Positions 62,251-64,000 of a stretch of DNA of 64,000 bases are shown here, piece after piece. The notes below the pieces were generated by a model that worked only from the letters and a program-made list of their open reading frames with translations, was not told the origin of the DNA and searched no databases. Each line of letters starts with the position of its first letter. Positions within the stretch are counted from its first letter, which is position 1. The position numbers and the translations under genes were made by a program. Source of the stretch: Alphaproteobacteria bacterium (GTDB lineage Bacteria; Pseudomonadota; Alphaproteobacteria; SHVV01); the NCBI GenBank assembly GCA_965261735.1, contig OZ253470.1, positions 352,001 through 416,000 on the forward strand, read 5' to 3'.

Positions 62251-63644
62251 GGTTGTGTCTCGAAAGTGGTGGAAATTGGTTTTGGCGCCTCTCCGAGCGG
62301 GTTGAGTTTTGCGGCGGTCAGGCTGCGCGGTCAAGGGTTTCGTCGGCGATTAGCTGATCGAGGGTTTCCCATCCATCGACTTTGCGCATCTGGATTTGGC
62401 CGGAAGCGAGGAGTGCCCAGAGGAGCATCGGCACTGTTTCGGGACACGGCAGCACGGTCTGTGTTTTGATCCGGCGCTTGAACTCCTCGTTGAGACGCTC
62501 AATGGTGTTGGTCGTTCGGGCTGATTTCCATTGGCTCTTGGACAGGCGCGTGAAGGTAAAGAGCTTGTCGCCCGCTTCTGCGAGGCTGTCCGCGACGGCC
62601 CTGCATTTCAGCCGCCACTTGCGGACAAACGCCTTGCGGCGGGTTTCCACCTCGGAGGCAGTGTCGGCATAGATCATATCGCGGTAATCTTCGCTCAGCT
62701 CGTCATGCATGTGTTTGGGAGCATGACCCAGAAGGTTGCGGTGCTTGTGCACGGTGCAGCGTTGAACGGGAAGGTCATCGCCCCAAAGCGCCGACAGAGC
62801 CGCCTCCAGTCCCGGCGCGCCATCGACGATGACAAACCCGGGCCGTTTCAGTCCACGCGCATCAAGGTCGTCGAGGAACTGGCGCCACGCCGCCTGGCTT
62901 TCTCCGCCCATATTCCCGATCGAAAGCAAGACCTTCTGGCCATCCCGGCGCACCCCTATAGCCGCGAGAACCGAGATGTTGGTGGCCTTGCGGTCCAGTC
63001 GGGTCTTGATCACAGTGCCGTCAAGGATCAGCCGAACGATATCCTCATCCGCGAGGCCACGGCTGCACCAGGCGTCCCAATCGACCTTCACCTTGCGCCA
63101 CGCCCGGCTCACAACGTCCTTGCTCACAGCACCCCGGAAGAGCCCGAACAGCGCGCGTTTCACCCGCCGCGTGTTGGTTCCGGACAGATACACCGAAGCG
63201 ATCAGCGCCTCGGCCTTTCTGGTCAGCCGCTGGTAGCGCGGCAGCGCCCGCGAACGCCATTCCGACGCCCGACCGTCTTCCTCAACGATCCGCGCACGCG
63301 GCACGCTCACCCTCTCGATCCCGAATGTCCCCGTCAGTTGCCGCTCCCGGTGCCCGTTCCGATACCCTTGCCGAAGCGCGTCCTCTCGACCGTATCGGCA
63401 GCGCCCGAGAAACTGCGCAAGTTCCTCCTCAAAAACGGCCTCGATCGTGGATCTGATGTTCTCCCGCAGCCGGTCCTCGAGCGGATCATAGCCGGCGTCA
63501 TTGGCCAGTAGCGAAAGCGCGGAAGTCTCGGTAGTGTTCTTCATGGCGTGATCTCCTTGGCGGTGCTAGCCGCCGATTGGGTGGTTGTCTTGTCACCCGG
63601 AGATTACGCCATCCTCAAATTTCCACCACTTTCGAGACACAGCC
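62251..63644 (-). mobile_element. IS256-family element type B, copy 4
   Basis: Same TIRs; 1394 bp; 8-bp TSD CATGCTGG. Confidence 0.96.
62318..63544 (-). CDS. IS256-family transposase (intact)
   Basis: 408 aa; two substitutions relative to copy 2. Confidence 0.96.
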   Translation of the reverse strand: MKNTTETSALSLLANDAGYDPLEDRLRENIRSTIEAVFEEELAQFLGRCRYGREDALRQGYRNGHRERQLTGTFGIERVSVPRARIVEEDGRASEWRSRALPRYQRLTRKAEALIASVYLSGTNTRRVKRALFGLFRGAVSKDVVSRAWRKVKVDWDAWCSRGLADEDIVRLILDGTVIKTRLDRKATNISVLAAIGVRRDGQKVLLSIGNMGGESQAAWRQFLDDLDARGLKRPGFVIVDGAPGLEAALSALWGDDLPVQRCTVHKHRNLLGHAPKHMHDELSEDYRDMIYADTASEVETRRKAFVRKWRLKCRAVADSLAEAGDKLFTFTRLSKSQWKSARTTNTIERLNEEFKRRIKTQTVLPCPETVPMLLWALLASGQIQMRKVDGWETLDQLIADETLDRAA

Positions 63645-63819
63645 CATGCTGGTGGCACGGGGGGTCTCGCAAAGCGGCCAGACGGCTTTCGCCGCCGCAT
63701 TCCTCATCTGGGAGTGAGAGCCGGAAAAAGCCACTTAATCAACGGGCTGTTAGCACATTCTCGAAAGCCACCATGCGCATCGGGGTGTCGGGGTCGTCAT
63801 CGGTCATCGGCGTTCTCCG

Positions 63820-64000
63820 TCATCCCTTGAAACAATGCTCGTTGTGCCAAGTCAGGGCGGCGGTATCCGGGCGCTGGCCGATATCCGAAGGCGCATCGAT
63901 TTTGCGACCGTGAAGCGCGTAGTAGTGCTTGCCGTTGTCAAACTCCTCCCGGATCCGTCGGCTTACATCGAAGCGCAGATCGGGAGTCACCGTCACATAG
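63820..64000 (-). CDS. HNH putative restriction endonuclease, C-terminal part (starts beyond the window)
   Basis: Hand translation YVTVTPDLRFDVSRRIREEFDNGKHYYALHGR...ALTWHNEHCFKG*. Confidence 0.7.
   Translation of the reverse strand, partial: YVTVTPDLRFDVSRRIREEFDNGKHYYALHGRKIDAPSDIGQRPDTAALTWHNEHCFKG

Larger units (their letters stand above)
61590..63749 (+). mobile_element. IS1182/IS5-like element, 5' truncated and interrupted by IS256
   Basis: SDPEAKIAKMKDG, ADKGY and VERCFA motifs; continues after IS256 to the end AATCAACGGGCTG. Confidence 0.85.

Overview
This is a GC-rich, probably alphaproteobacterial accessory region heavily broken up by insertion sequences. About 24 complete or fragmentary elements (IS1595, two IS256 types, three IS6 types, IS3, ISNCY, IS110/IS1111, IS21, IS5, IS1182-like) cover roughly 20 kb, and many host genes are cut off at IS ends. 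The intact or near-intact cargo is enriched in defence-like and nucleic-acid-acting genes: a low-GC DUF5131 (Gp37/Gp68, Cx6Cx2C) + TcmP pair followed by NYN and HEPN-motif genes; an AbiEi/AbiEii toxin-antitoxin pair translationally coupled to a DISARM class I drmD-drmMI block that lacks drmABC here; a second, disrupted type IIG-like methylase; a tiny GIY-YIG protein; and HNH nuclease fragments. Other genes include a secreted Calx-beta protein, two LysR paralogues sharing a CTCA-N7-TGAG box, an orphan peptide-binding protein, HU, RecQ, a DEAD-box helicase, a SagB-type nitroreductase, a CADD/TenA-like diiron enzyme with an amidohydrolase, a luciferase-like monooxygenase and a DM13 protein. The best candidates for poorly described systems are the DUF5131-TcmP(-NYN-HEPN) module and the IS1111-group elements, whose non-coding right ends and target sites can be read from the sequence. 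All family assignments are from motif recognition by eye; no searches were run. No rRNA, tRNA or CRISPR array was seen.
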